DNA of 32,000 nt, from assembly GCA_030167145.1 (NCBI GenBank), contig CP126532.1, positions 4,920,001-4,952,000 on the forward strand. Direction: 5' to 3'. The stretch's first letter is position 1, and each line of letters opens with the position of its first letter. Positions 1 to 8,837 of the stretch are shown here, in pieces. The notes below the pieces were generated by a model. The model was not told the origin of the DNA, did no database searches, and was given only the letters and a program-made list of their open reading frames with translations. Both the position numbers and the translations under genes were made by a program. This stretch comes from Ktedonobacterales bacterium. GTDB lineage: Bacteria; Chloroflexota; Ktedonobacteria; Ktedonobacterales; JADMIN01.

Positions 1-1061
1 GCCTCGTCTTCGCCGTGGACCGCCTTGAGCAGGCCGCTCTTGGGGATAGGAATCATCATCACACCTGCCGCCTGCCCCGTGCGGTCGAACGAGGGGATGG
101 CGAAGTTGAGCGCGTGACGCAGGATGATCTCTTCCAGGCACATACCAGAGCCGAATTCGAGGATGGTGGAGCAGAGGCCGCCGATGGAGCGCCCAGCTAT
201 CTCCAGCATCCACGGGCCGCGCGCGTTGACGCGCAACTCCGCATGCACGGGGCCGTCGCGCAGGCCAATGGCTGCCGCTGCCCGTGCCGCGCAGTCCGCG
301 ATGGCTTGCTGGGTGGCATGGGAGAGGCGCGAGGGCGTGACGTAGATCGTCTCCTCGAAGAATGGACCGTCGAGCGGGTCGGGCTTGTCGAAGAGCGCGA
401 GCACGTGCAGCGCGCCGTCGGTGAGCAGCCCTTCGAGCGCAACCTCGCCGCCAGGGATGAAGTCTTCGACCAGGATGTCGGTGGTCTCCGGTGGGTAGCC
501 ATCGCTAAGCAGAATGCGCTTCAGCCGCGCGAACGCAACAGCGAAATCAGCGGGGGTATCGGCGCGAATCACGCCGCGACTGCCGGAGAGCCGCAGCGGC
601 TTGACGACGCAGGGATATCCAACTTGCTCGGCAATCTCATGGAGGTCAGACATGAGTGGGAAGCGGCGAAAGACCGGCGAAGATACGCCATGCTCGGCGA
701 AGAGCGCGCGCATGCTGCCCTTGTCGCGCGCAGCCTCGGCGGCGGCGATGGGATTATGCGGCAGACCAAGCGCGGCGGCGGCGCGGGTGGCGAGAATGGT
801 GGCGCTGTCGTCCACGGCGACAATGGCGTCCACGGGATGCGCAGCGGCGTAGGCGACGATGCGGGGGAGCGCGGCATCAACGTCGGTGAAGTCTACCGCC
901 AGCGGGACATCCCACCATTCGTCGAGACCGGCGGGCACGTCAATGCACTTGACGACCTCCACATCCAGATGCGCCGCCGCTTCGAGGAATGCGCCCGCCC
1001 GATAGGTGTTGGGCGAGAGCAGCAACAACAACCGCTTGCGCCGCGCTTCTATGTTGCTCAT
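1..1061 (-). CDS. ATP-grasp domain protein (N-terminal ~353 aa; 3' end runs off the window)
   Basis: Own translation of the minus strand from the ATG at 1061 gives MSNIEARRKRLLLLLSPNTYRAGAFLEAAAHLDVEVV...YPCVVKPLRLSGSRGVIRA...VEDFIPGGEVALEGL...HAELRVNARGPWMLEIAGRSIGG, open to position 1. The motif pattern (VVKP..GS.G, E.FI.G.E, E..R..GG) fits ATP-grasp ligases. It is missing from the ORF track because there is no in-window stop. Track ORF 15..1091(+) is its antisense shadow. Confidence 0.75.
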   Translation of the reverse strand, partial: MSNIEARRKRLLLLLSPNTYRAGAFLEAAAHLDVEVVKCIDVPAGLDEWWDVPLAVDFTDVDAALPRIVAYAAAHPVDAIVAVDDSATILATRAAAALGLPHNPIAAAEAARDKGSMRALFAEHGVSSPVFRRFPLMSDLHEIAEQVGYPCVVKPLRLSGSRGVIRADTPADFAVAFARLKRILLSDGYPPETTDILVEDFIPGGEVALEGLLTDGALHVLALFDKPDPLDGPFFEETIYVTPSRLSHATQQAIADCAARAAAAIGLRDGPVHAELRVNARGPWMLEIAGRSIGGLCSTILEFGSGMCLEEIILRHALNFAIPSFDRTGQAAGVMMIPIPKSGLLKAVHGEDE

Positions 1062-1085
1062 GGGTTTATGCTCCGGCACGCCGTC

Positions 1086-1865
1086 CTATGACTGATTCAC
1101 CTGGCCACATAATACGTTATCTGCGGCAAAGGTTAGCGAGAGCCACCACGTCTTGGCGTCCAGCGCCTTGAAGGCGGTAGCGTGGTTCTGGTTGACGCTG
1201 CCGCTGGCCACAACGGGACCAGAGCAGTTGCCGGTGTGGACCGCCCAACTGGTGGGCTGGGCGCTGGCGAGGCCGGGGCCGCTGAACGTGATGTGGGTGG
1301 CGAGTATGGGGTCTTGCAGCGCGTTGCCGATGGCGATGCTATTGTTCGCTGGCGGATAAAGATCGAAATATTGCCGCCGTTCGGAGAGCGGGCTGCCGCA
1401 CGCGGCCACGGGCGCGTTGGGGTCATTGGCCTGCGATTGTACAGTGATGTACCACTGCGCGCCAGGGGCGACATCCACATCCGTGCCGCCTGCGGGGTCC
1501 GGCGCGGTCGTCACAGCGTTGACTTCGGAGTTGACCGGCTTGACGCCTGGAGTAGTGCTTGCGCCAACTGGCGCGTTGCCATCGGAGAGCGGGGCGACGA
1601 CGGGGCCAAAGCAACTGCCCTGGCGCAACTGCGCGGGGGTCTGCGTGCCGGTCAGTGGCAGAGGTTGGCCCTTGAAGTAAACCGCGACGTGCGTCGCGTA
1701 GGCAGGCGTGAGACTGGCGGTGATGGTGACACCTGGATCTGCGGCGTTTGTCAGGGTGGCGCGCGCAGATTTGCCCAGCGGTGGGGCATAGCCTTGCGTA
1801 CCACAGGCGGTCAGCATCAGCGCAAGGCAGACAGCACCGAAAAGAGTATAAGAACGCAATCGCAT
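1086..1865 (-). CDS. secreted lipoprotein of unknown function
   Basis: Internal ATG at 1865 of track ORF 1086..2336 gives MRLRSYTLFGAVCLALMLTACGTQG, a signal peptide plus lipobox (L-T-A-C). The upstream part of the track ORF overlaps the DUF512 gene in another frame and is P/S/C-rich junk. Confidence 0.7.
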   Translation of the reverse strand: MRLRSYTLFGAVCLALMLTACGTQGYAPPLGKSARATLTNAADPGVTITASLTPAYATHVAVYFKGQPLPLTGTQTPAQLRQGSCFGPVVAPLSDGNAPVGASTTPGVKPVNSEVNAVTTAPDPAGGTDVDVAPGAQWYITVQSQANDPNAPVAACGSPLSERRQYFDLYPPANNSIAIGNALQDPILATHITFSGPGLASAQPTSWAVHTGNCSGPVVASGSVNQNHATAFKALDAKTWWLSLTFAADNVLCGQVNQS

Positions 1866-1905
1866 AGAACGGTGTTCCTCGAAATCAGGTTGCTTGTGTC
1901 GCGCG

Positions 1906-3309
1906 TTACCCTGCTGCTGTTGGTTCCGGCGCTGGGGCCAGAGTGCATACGGCAGCGGCCAGCGCCGCGGCGTCACGCGCGAAGACGACGCGGCCGGGCG
2001 CACGCGCGATGAAGTCCTCGATGGTGACATCGTCCAGGAAGCGTTTCCCGGCATTATCAAGCATAACGCGGGGGAGCAGCAGCAGGTCGTCGGGGGTAAA
2101 ATCGGGGCAGGAGCGAGCGATTTCGTCCAGCACATCCTGGCCACAGAGGAGTCCGGCAGCGGTGACGATGGGGCCGAAGAAGACGTTGGTGACGGGCAGC
2201 ACGCGCACGTCCAGCCCGGCGATGGCGCGCAGGTCGCGGGCAAGTTTGGTGATGATGGGCGCGGCCATGGCGCTGGTGAGGATAGCCACTTTGCGCGGCT
2301 GTTCGAGGGCGGTGGGCAGGGTGCGCTTTGCCACACGCCAGTCTTCCACCAGCTTGCGTGTCATGCCGACGCCGTTTTCTATCTGGGCGTAGTCGCCGTA
2401 GTGGCGGGCAGGTGGGAACGGCTGGTTTGTGTTGTAGTACCACTCGTCGGAGAGATAGACGAAGGGCAACCCATGCGCCCCTGGCTCGGTTGCGAACTGT
2501 CGCTGCCAGCGTTCAACGCGCGCCATCACATCGCGCGCTTCGTCCAGCCGGAACGGGCGCATCGGCGGAAGCTCACCTGTCTTGAGCAGATTGTTGTATT
2601 TGGTGAGGCCGACCGGCACCACGGAGATGGATTCGACGATGGGCCGCAAGGCGGTGAGGTCGCGTATACTGCGTTCTAGCTCATCGCCATCGTTGATGCC
2701 AGGGCAGAGCACAAGCTGCGTGTGGCAGGTGATGCCCAGGCTGCCGATACGCTGAATCTGCGCGAGGATGTCGCCCGCGCGTGGGCCATCCACCATCTTG
2801 CGCCGCAAGTCGGGGTTGGTGGTATGCACGGAGACGTAGAGCGGGCTGAGACGTTGTTCTTCGAGCCGCTTCCAGTCAAGCTCTTTGAGGTTGGTGAGGG
2901 TGACAAAGTTGCCGAACATGAAACTGTAGCGGTAGTCGTCATCTTTGACGTAGAGCGTATCGCGCATGCCGAGCGGTAGCCCGCGCTGCGGCTGATTGCG
3001 CTTTGGCAGGCCATCTATAAAGCAGAAGATGCACTTGTTGGCGCAGATGCGGATGAAAGGCGCTGGCTCCTCGCCGAAACGAATGCCCATTTCGGCGCCT
3101 GGCTCTTTTGCCACGAGCACGTCTATCGCACGTCCATTACGCTCGATGCCCAGCAGCACCTCTTCGTCGGAGGCGTAGAACTGATAGTCCACGAGATCGC
3201 GTATGGGATTGCCATTGATGGTTTTAAGGAGATCTCCCGATTGAATGCCAGCGAGGTCGGCTGCGCTCTCTGGCACTACCTCGCGGACCCATCCATAGAG
3301 TTTCGGCAT
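1906..3309 (-). CDS. DUF512-family radical SAM protein with N-terminal PDZ domain
   Basis: The product has a PDZ-like N-terminus (AGIQSGDLLKTINGNPIRDLVDYQ) and a CxxxCxxC cluster (CANKCIFC). The remainder (LYVSVHTTNPDLRRKM, VLCPGINDGDELERS) is typical of DUF512. Start placed at ATG 3309 (MPKLYGW); the 24 codons upstream overlap a predicted promoter. Confidence 0.8.
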   Translation of the reverse strand: MPKLYGWVREVVPESAADLAGIQSGDLLKTINGNPIRDLVDYQFYASDEEVLLGIERNGRAIDVLVAKEPGAEMGIRFGEEPAPFIRICANKCIFCFIDGLPKRNQPQRGLPLGMRDTLYVKDDDYRYSFMFGNFVTLTNLKELDWKRLEEQRLSPLYVSVHTTNPDLRRKMVDGPRAGDILAQIQRIGSLGITCHTQLVLCPGINDGDELERSIRDLTALRPIVESISVVPVGLTKYNNLLKTGELPPMRPFRLDEARDVMARVERWQRQFATEPGAHGLPFVYLSDEWYYNTNQPFPPARHYGDYAQIENGVGMTRKLVEDWRVAKRTLPTALEQPRKVAILTSAMAAPIITKLARDLRAIAGLDVRVLPVTNVFFGPIVTAAGLLCGQDVLDEIARSCPDFTPDDLLLLPRVMLDNAGKRFLDDVTIEDFIARAPGRVVFARDAAALAAAVCTLAPAPEPTAAG

Positions 3310-3358
3310 GGCGTGGCTGTCGCTCGATTCGATACTAATGTAAGTGGATAACCTTTGA

Positions 3359-3388
3359 AGTATAGGCAAGGACCGCCACATTCGTCAA
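3359..3388 (-). promoter_or_regulatory. sigma70-like promoter for the DUF512 gene
   Basis: Minus strand reads TTGACG (3388-3383), an 18-nt spacer, then TATACT (3364-3359). It lies about 45 nt upstream of ATG 3309. Confidence 0.45.
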
Positions 3389-3415
3389 CCAGCGTAGCGC
3401 ACATGCGCCGGGTGC

Positions 3416-4561
3416 TTATTGCTGCGCCGCGCGTGTGACGAACGCCACCAAGCTCGCCAGCAGATCGCGCGCCTCATGCGCCTCGTCAGCCGTGCCGGCG
3501 GCGGCGTCCAGCGCGGCCAGGGCGGCGTCGCCTTCGCGCTGAAGTGCCTTGCGCACTCGGTTACGCGCGCCGGTGCGCTCAAGGACCGCCAGGACGTTAG
3601 CCACGTCAGCATCAGTGGCAACCTCTGAGGCGCTATAGAACGCGAGCAGCAGGTCGCGGTCAGCGGCGTTCGCGGTTTCCAGCGCATGAATCACGGGGAG
3701 CGTCATTTTGCGCCGCCGCAGATCGCCCATCGGTGTTTTGCCAAGTTGTTCGGCGGACCAGATGCCTAGCAGATCATCACGAAGCTGGAAGGCCATGCCA
3801 AGCGCGGCGCCGAAGCGGGCAAGCTCGTCGGCGACGGCGTTGAGGTCTGGCGCCGCAATACGCGCTCCCATCTCAGTGGCGCAGGCGATGAGCGCCGCCG
3901 TTTTGCGACGAATCATCTCCAGATACAGCGCGATGGTGACATCGTGTTGTCCTTCGTTCCGCATGTCGAGGTATTGCCCCTCGCACAACTCAAGGCAGGT
4001 GCGATCAAGCAGCGCCGCGAGCCGTACGACAACCACGGGATCCACTCCGTGGTCTACGAGTTTCCATAGGCGCATGCGGGCGAGAGAGAAGAGGCCATCG
4101 CCGCTGTTGATCGCGTGCGGAATGCCCCAGAGCTTCCACATGGTGGGGCGGTGGCGGCGCTCTTCATCGCCGTCTTCGATGTCATCGTGGATCAGCGAGA
4201 AATTGTGCACCAGTTCGATACACGCGGCGGCGGGGAGCGCACGCTCTACGGTATCTGCGCGCTCAGCGTCGCTCATACCCACTCGCCCGCCTGCCAGCTC
4301 ACTTGCCAGTAGCAGCAGGGTAGGGCGCAGCAACTTCCCAGGGTGGCTCTTCGCGGGACTGAAATCGGCATGACGCCATCCCAGATGATACTCGATCTGC
4401 CCCGCGAACTCCGCGAGCGGCTCGGCGACTATCGGGACGTTACCAGTTTGTGCCCAGGCATCGCCCAGAGCGTCACGCAATTCCACTTCTAGCGCGGCCT
4501 GGTAGCGCGCGAGCACTACTTCAGGGTCAGTCCTTTTGGTGGCTCTGCTGGTACTGGTCAC
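3416..4561 (-). CDS. polyprenyl (trans-isoprenyl) diphosphate synthase
   Basis: Both Asp-rich motifs are present (LIHDDIEDGD and FQLRDDLLG). Start placed at GTG 4561, preceded by GAGGAG with 6-nt spacing (gaggagcgaatcGTG). The longer track ORF N-terminus is R/P/A-rich with no supporting start. Confidence 0.85.
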   Translation of the reverse strand: MTSTSRATKRTDPEVVLARYQAALEVELRDALGDAWAQTGNVPIVAEPLAEFAGQIEYHLGWRHADFSPAKSHPGKLLRPTLLLLASELAGGRVGMSDAERADTVERALPAAACIELVHNFSLIHDDIEDGDEERRHRPTMWKLWGIPHAINSGDGLFSLARMRLWKLVDHGVDPVVVVRLAALLDRTCLELCEGQYLDMRNEGQHDVTIALYLEMIRRKTAALIACATEMGARIAAPDLNAVADELARFGAALGMAFQLRDDLLGIWSAEQLGKTPMGDLRRRKMTLPVIHALETANAADRDLLLAFYSASEVATDADVANVLAVLERTGARNRVRKALQREGDAALAALDAAAGTADEAHEARDLLASLVAFVTRAAQQ

Positions 4562-4599
4562 GATTCGCTCCTCGATGTTGTCTTGCGTATTCGGCGCGC

Positions 4600-5076
4600 T
4601 TACCGCACATGCAACAAGAACAGCGCAACGCCTGTCCCCACCGCCAGGACAACGCTTGCCCCACGCGCGGCGCCAAGGAGGCCGCCGATGTGGCGCAGTG
4701 GCGCGCAGACGCGGCAATAGCGCTGCGTTATGTGGTAGCGGTGGCTGCGCAGCCGGTCACGCACCAACTCTGTTTGCTCATCGAGCAGGCTCGTGTGGTG
4801 TTCGGCGCAGATAAACCGGTGGCAGCCCGCGCAGGTACACGAGTCACTGTAGTGCGAAAAGGCCGAGGTTGACCACTGCCTGGGTGTCACTGGCGCCCCA
4901 CAGACATAGCACACCCGCCCCTGTGCGTGAGTGGCGAGGTGCTCGCGGCACGGGTGGTGATCCTGGTAGCCGAAATGATCTACACAGAGATAGCGATGAC
5001 AAGTCCGGCACTGGCCGCCAGCTTCAAGTTTGCACTCGGCGCAGGATGGGATCGCACGTACACCTGGGTATGACAT
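4600..5076 (-). CDS. Cys/His-rich protein with two AN1-like zinc-finger repeats and a C-terminal TM anchor
   Basis: ATG 5076 is preceded by CAGGAG with 9-nt spacing. The motif CxxC-x7-CxxCHRYLCxDH-x5-HHxC is followed by a second CxCxxCHRFICxEH. The C-terminus (GASVVLAVGTGVALFLL) is hydrophobic. Confidence 0.6.
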   Translation of the reverse strand: MSYPGVRAIPSCAECKLEAGGQCRTCHRYLCVDHFGYQDHHPCREHLATHAQGRVCYVCGAPVTPRQWSTSAFSHYSDSCTCAGCHRFICAEHHTSLLDEQTELVRDRLRSHRYHITQRYCRVCAPLRHIGGLLGAARGASVVLAVGTGVALFLLHVR

Positions 5077-5184
5077 CGCAACACGCTCCTGAGAACCGTG
5101 AAGTGCTCGTTTGGGTAGTATATCCGGCGCGGCGCTCGCTGGTCAACGTGCGGGTGCGGTATGCGACGGGCACGACCAATCAGG

Positions 5185-5214
5185 TTGCGGTGACACCTAT
5201 TGCACAGGTATACT
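5185..5214 (+). promoter_or_regulatory. candidate sigma70-like promoter upstream of the DUF47/pit operon
   Basis: TTGCGG (5185-5190), an 18-nt spacer, then TATACT (5209-5214). It is overlapped by an inverted repeat, GGTGACA (5189-5195) and TGTCACC (5229-5235). It would give a ~300-nt leader. Confidence 0.3.
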
Positions 5215-5518
5215 CAAGGTTGTGTGGTTGTCACCTTGCGGCTTTGTGAAAGTATCGCCCCACGATGGGGCCGGACACGAGCAACGAAGGCAACGTCCAT
5301 GCAGGTAGAAACAAGATACATATGCACATCCGAAGCCACGGCCCGTATTGGCCGCGGCTTCTGTTTGCCACTCAGGTCTGCCAACGCTGACAACAGTGGC
5401 ATTTCTGGGGCTTTCTCACCATGAGCGCATGCGTGTCCATGGGTGTCTTGGCCCTTATATTGCGTATGTGCAGTCGCGTATTCTCTGGTTCCGCTCCGCC
5501 GTCGGAGGGAGAGAAGAC

Positions 5519-6142
5519 ATGTCCATCCTACAGCCGCGCGATGACCGCTTCTATGTCCTCTTTGAAGAAGCGGCGGCAAATGTACGGCGCGGCGCTGAGA
5601 TGCTGCTCGCCATGCTCCACGACTACACTGAAGTCGCGGCGAAGGCGAAGGCGATCAAAGATGTGGAGCATCAAGGCGATATTCTGACGCATGAGATGTA
5701 TGAGCATCTCAATAAAGCATTTGTGACTCCACTTGACCGCGAAGATATCGCGGCCATTGCCTCGAAGCTCGATGATGTGCTCGATTTGGTCGAAGCCTCC
5801 GCCGATGATTTCGTGGTCTGCAACGTAGAAAAACCGTTGCCGGCTGCCATTGAAATGGCCGACATCATCGTGCGCTCCACGGTGAAGGTTCAAGAGGCCT
5901 TCTCATATCTGCGCCGTTTGAGCAAAGCGCGCTCGGCGATGCGTGAATGTCTTAGCGACATCAACACGCTCGAAAACGAAGGCGATGCGGTGTATCGTGT
6001 CGCGGTGCAAGACCTCTTTTCGCAACCTGAGCCGATCCTGATTATCAAGTGGAAGCAGATTTACGATCATCAGGAGCGCGCGATTGATATGTGCGAGAAT
6101 GTCGCGGATGTGCTCCAGGGGATGCTGTTGAAGTATGCTTGA
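5519..6142 (+). CDS. DUF47 family (PhoU-like) phosphate-transport accessory protein
   Basis: The product starts MSILQPRDDRFYVLFEEAAANV and contains EHQGDILTHEM and LENEGDAVYR, typical of the YkaA/DUF47 family found next to pit. ATG 5519 is preceded by GGAGGGAGAG. The track ORF start at 5348 is not supported. Confidence 0.85.
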   Translation: MSILQPRDDRFYVLFEEAAANVRRGAEMLLAMLHDYTEVAAKAKAIKDVEHQGDILTHEMYEHLNKAFVTPLDREDIAAIASKLDDVLDLVEASADDFVVCNVEKPLPAAIEMADIIVRSTVKVQEAFSYLRRLSKARSAMRECLSDINTLENEGDAVYRVAVQDLFSQPEPILIIKWKQIYDHQERAIDMCENVADVLQGMLLKYA

Positions 6143-7208
6143 GCTTCATATTCCATCAATCATTCCCGCCATGGGCACGCTTTCACTCGTAGCGGGAAGC
6201 GCGGGAAGCCTGGCGTTTCTGCTGGCCACCATCATTGTGGCAGTCATCTTCGACTTCACGAACGGCTTCCATGATACGGCGAACGCCGTCGCGACCAGCA
6301 TCTCGACACGCGTGCTGCCGCCGCGTGTGGCCATCGCGATGGCGGCGCTGCTCAATTTTCTGGGCGCGTTCATCAGCACGAAGGTGGCGAAAACCATTGG
6401 CACTGATGTCGCTCAACCCAGCGCGCTCATTCCATTAGCGGTGCTGGCGGCGCTGCTGGCAGCGATTTGCTGGAATCTGGTGACGTGGCGCCTTGGTCTG
6501 CCAAGCAGCTCGTCCCACGCGCTGATCGGCGGCCTGATTGGGGCGGTGGTCATCTCGTCACCACTGCACTTTGGCGCGCTGAAAGTTGGCGGCATCCTGA
6601 TTATCGCCCTCTCGCTGGTGCTCTCGCCACTGATCGGATTGGTGGTCGCGTTCGCGATAGGAACGGCTTCTGTCTGGCTATTTCGGCGCTCTACGCCACA
6701 TACCGTCACCAACACGGCGAGCTGGCTGCAACGTCTGACCGCCGCGTTTGTCGCCTTCAGCCACGGCTCAAACGATGCGCAGAAGACGATGGGAGTGATT
6801 ACAGCGGCATTGCTGGCGTATCAGGGTGTTTCAGTTGGGGCGAAGTTTCAGGTGCCATTTTGGGTGATTGTACTGAGCGCCACGGCGATTGCGCTGGGCA
6901 CAAGCGTTGGTGGCTGGCGCATCATCCGCACGATGGGTATGCGGACAGTGAAGCTGCGCCCGCTGGATGGCTTCGCGGCGCAAACCGCTGCGGCGTCGGT
7001 CATTCTCTCGGCGAGCGGTATCGGCTTGCCGGTGAGCACGACACATGTCATCGCGGGGTCGGTGATGGGTGTGGGCGCACGCCAGCGGCTTTCGGCGGTT
7101 CGCTGGGGTGTCGCCGGTAATATGGTGGTAGCGTGGCTGCTTACCGGGCCGATGACCGCCATTCTGGCCGCCTGTATCTGCGGGCTGATGCTCGCGGTGG
7201 GGCTGTAA
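6135..7208 (+). CDS. pit: inorganic phosphate transporter, PiT family
   Basis: Carries both PiT signatures, FDFTNGFHDTANAVATSISTR and a second half with FSHGSNDAQKTMG, and is polytopic. It overlaps the DUF47 stop by 8 nt. An alternative start at ATG 6171 is possible. Confidence 0.9.
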   Translation: MLELHIPSIIPAMGTLSLVAGSAGSLAFLLATIIVAVIFDFTNGFHDTANAVATSISTRVLPPRVAIAMAALLNFLGAFISTKVAKTIGTDVAQPSALIPLAVLAALLAAICWNLVTWRLGLPSSSSHALIGGLIGAVVISSPLHFGALKVGGILIIALSLVLSPLIGLVVAFAIGTASVWLFRRSTPHTVTNTASWLQRLTAAFVAFSHGSNDAQKTMGVITAALLAYQGVSVGAKFQVPFWVIVLSATAIALGTSVGGWRIIRTMGMRTVKLRPLDGFAAQTAAASVILSASGIGLPVSTTHVIAGSVMGVGARQRLSAVRWGVAGNMVVAWLLTGPMTAILAACICGLMLAVGL

Positions 7209-7222
7209 TGCGCGGAAGGGTA

Positions 7223-7252
7223 GGGGCTACAGTCGTGGAAACTTGTGGCCCC
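7223..7252. terminator. hairpin between convergent pit and spoVR
   Basis: GGGGCtACA..TGTgGCCCC stem lies between the stop codons at 7208 and 7259. No clear U-tract on either strand. Confidence 0.3.
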
Positions 7253-7258
7253 ACATGC

Positions 7259-8743
7259 TCATTCCCCTTTGCTCTTGCCCTTGTCCAGCGCCACGCGGCT
7301 GTGCTTCTCGCCGTTGTAGCTGAGACGCACGGCTTGCTCCTCCAAGATGGTTTCGAGGTGAACGGGACGAGACCAGATATACTGGACATATTCCAGCGTC
7401 TTCTGGGCGTAGGATAGATCCAGGTCCTGGCCCTCATGCTGATGGTGCAGTACCAGTTCCGTATTGCCATTGAAATCGGCATCCACCACGGTGATGTAGG
7501 GATAGCCAAAGTTCGTCATGCTGGCGACGAGGCCATCGCGGACTTTTTCCCAGTTCTTTTCGACGATGACCCACTCATCCTCTTCTTTGCGATACAGATA
7601 GAGGTCCAGTTCTTCGACCAGTTCCTTGGTCAGGTAGTTCCGTAGCAGCGAGACATCGCTCTCGGTCTCGCGCACGGCGAAGAGCTTCTCGCGTCCCTTG
7701 CCAGGCTCGCGCCCCAGCTTGACACGCTCCTCTTCCGTCGGGTTGTCCCAGCGGCGCTCAATGTCTTGCAGGATGTGGTAGCCAAGGTGATATGGATTGA
7801 CGCGCATGCGCTGCGGCGCGAGCACCCCGGAGTGCATTTGCGCGAATGCGGCGAATTCGCCATCGGAGAGGTCTAGCTCACGCATCGTGCGTGCATGCCA
7901 ATAGCTGGCCCAGCCTTCGTTTGCTACCTTGGTTTGCATCTGCGGCACGAAGTACTGCATCTCCTCGCGCACGATCATCAGGATGTCGCGCTGCCACTCT
8001 TCGAGATTCGGAGCGTATTGCGCCAGGAACAGCAAGAGGTCTTTTTGTGGCTGGGCAGGGAAGCGGCGGCGGCGGGTGCGCATCCACGCCTGAATGTCCT
8101 CGTCGCGCTTCCGCGCGGCCCGCTCCGCCAGACTCCACAAGTCATCGTATGGCGAGTCAGCGTGCTTCTTGGGTTCATTGTCTTGCTGTGGTGTCGCGCT
8201 TTCGGGCTTGATGCGGAAGTTGGGATCAATGTGCTCTTCGATAGCCAGGACCGCGTCGAGGAAACGTTCAACTGCCGCCTGACCGTGATCGAACTCATAC
8301 TTGCGGATGCGGTCGGCGTTCACGCTGACCTTGTCAATCATGTTGCCGGACGTGTGCTTGAAGTAGGCGTTGTGCTTGAAGAAATCGGTATGTCCGAGGA
8401 CGTGTGCTACCACCACCTTGTTCTGAAGCAGGTCGTTCTGCTCCATGAGAAAGGCGTAGGATGGATTGGTATTGACCACCAATTCGTAAATCTTGCTCAA
8501 GCCATAGTCATATTCGGTCTTCATTCGGTAGTAGGCTTTGCCGCGCGACCAGTGGCTGAAACGTCCGGGCAGACCATAGGAGCCAAACTCATACATGATG
8601 GTAGCTGGGACGAGTTCAAAATTGGTTGGATAGGGGTCAAGTCCGAAGCGCTGGGCAATTTCCCAGATGCGCTCGACGGCGCGTTCCAGTTCCGCGACAT
8701 ACCGCTCATCGTATGTGAGATTGGTATTGGGGTCAGCAGTCAT
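7259..8743 (-). CDS. spoVR: SpoVR/YcgB family protein
   Basis: Full-length similarity to the SpoVR family (VVAHVLGHTDFFKHN, NEGWASYWH, LAPQRMRVNPYHLGY). ATG 8743 is preceded by GGAAGGTGA. The track start at 8752 is a GTG inside the SD. Confidence 0.9.
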   Translation of the reverse strand: MTADPNTNLTYDERYVAELERAVERIWEIAQRFGLDPYPTNFELVPATIMYEFGSYGLPGRFSHWSRGKAYYRMKTEYDYGLSKIYELVVNTNPSYAFLMEQNDLLQNKVVVAHVLGHTDFFKHNAYFKHTSGNMIDKVSVNADRIRKYEFDHGQAAVERFLDAVLAIEEHIDPNFRIKPESATPQQDNEPKKHADSPYDDLWSLAERAARKRDEDIQAWMRTRRRRFPAQPQKDLLLFLAQYAPNLEEWQRDILMIVREEMQYFVPQMQTKVANEGWASYWHARTMRELDLSDGEFAAFAQMHSGVLAPQRMRVNPYHLGYHILQDIERRWDNPTEEERVKLGREPGKGREKLFAVRETESDVSLLRNYLTKELVEELDLYLYRKEEDEWVIVEKNWEKVRDGLVASMTNFGYPYITVVDADFNGNTELVLHHQHEGQDLDLSYAQKTLEYVQYIWSRPVHLETILEEQAVRLSYNGEKHSRVALDKGKSKGE

Positions 8744-8837
8744 TGGGATCACCTTCCGCTGCGGTTGGCTATGGCACGGGATAGGGCAATACGGCGTGTT
8801 CGCACGTCAGGGGCGCTGGCGACAGATGGCCGGTGAC

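Noticed and set aside
15-1091. 358-aa plus-strand ORF
   Set aside because: Its composition is R/G/A/H-rich with no recognisable motifs. The opposite strand encodes a clean ATP-grasp protein, so this is a typical high-GC antisense shadow.
7895-8836. 313-aa plus-strand ORF
   Set aside because: It is antisense to spoVR and has no motifs. The same applies to 13484..14374 (-) opposite pcrA, 10774..11406 (+) opposite prkA and 25151..25846 (+) opposite the NHL gene.
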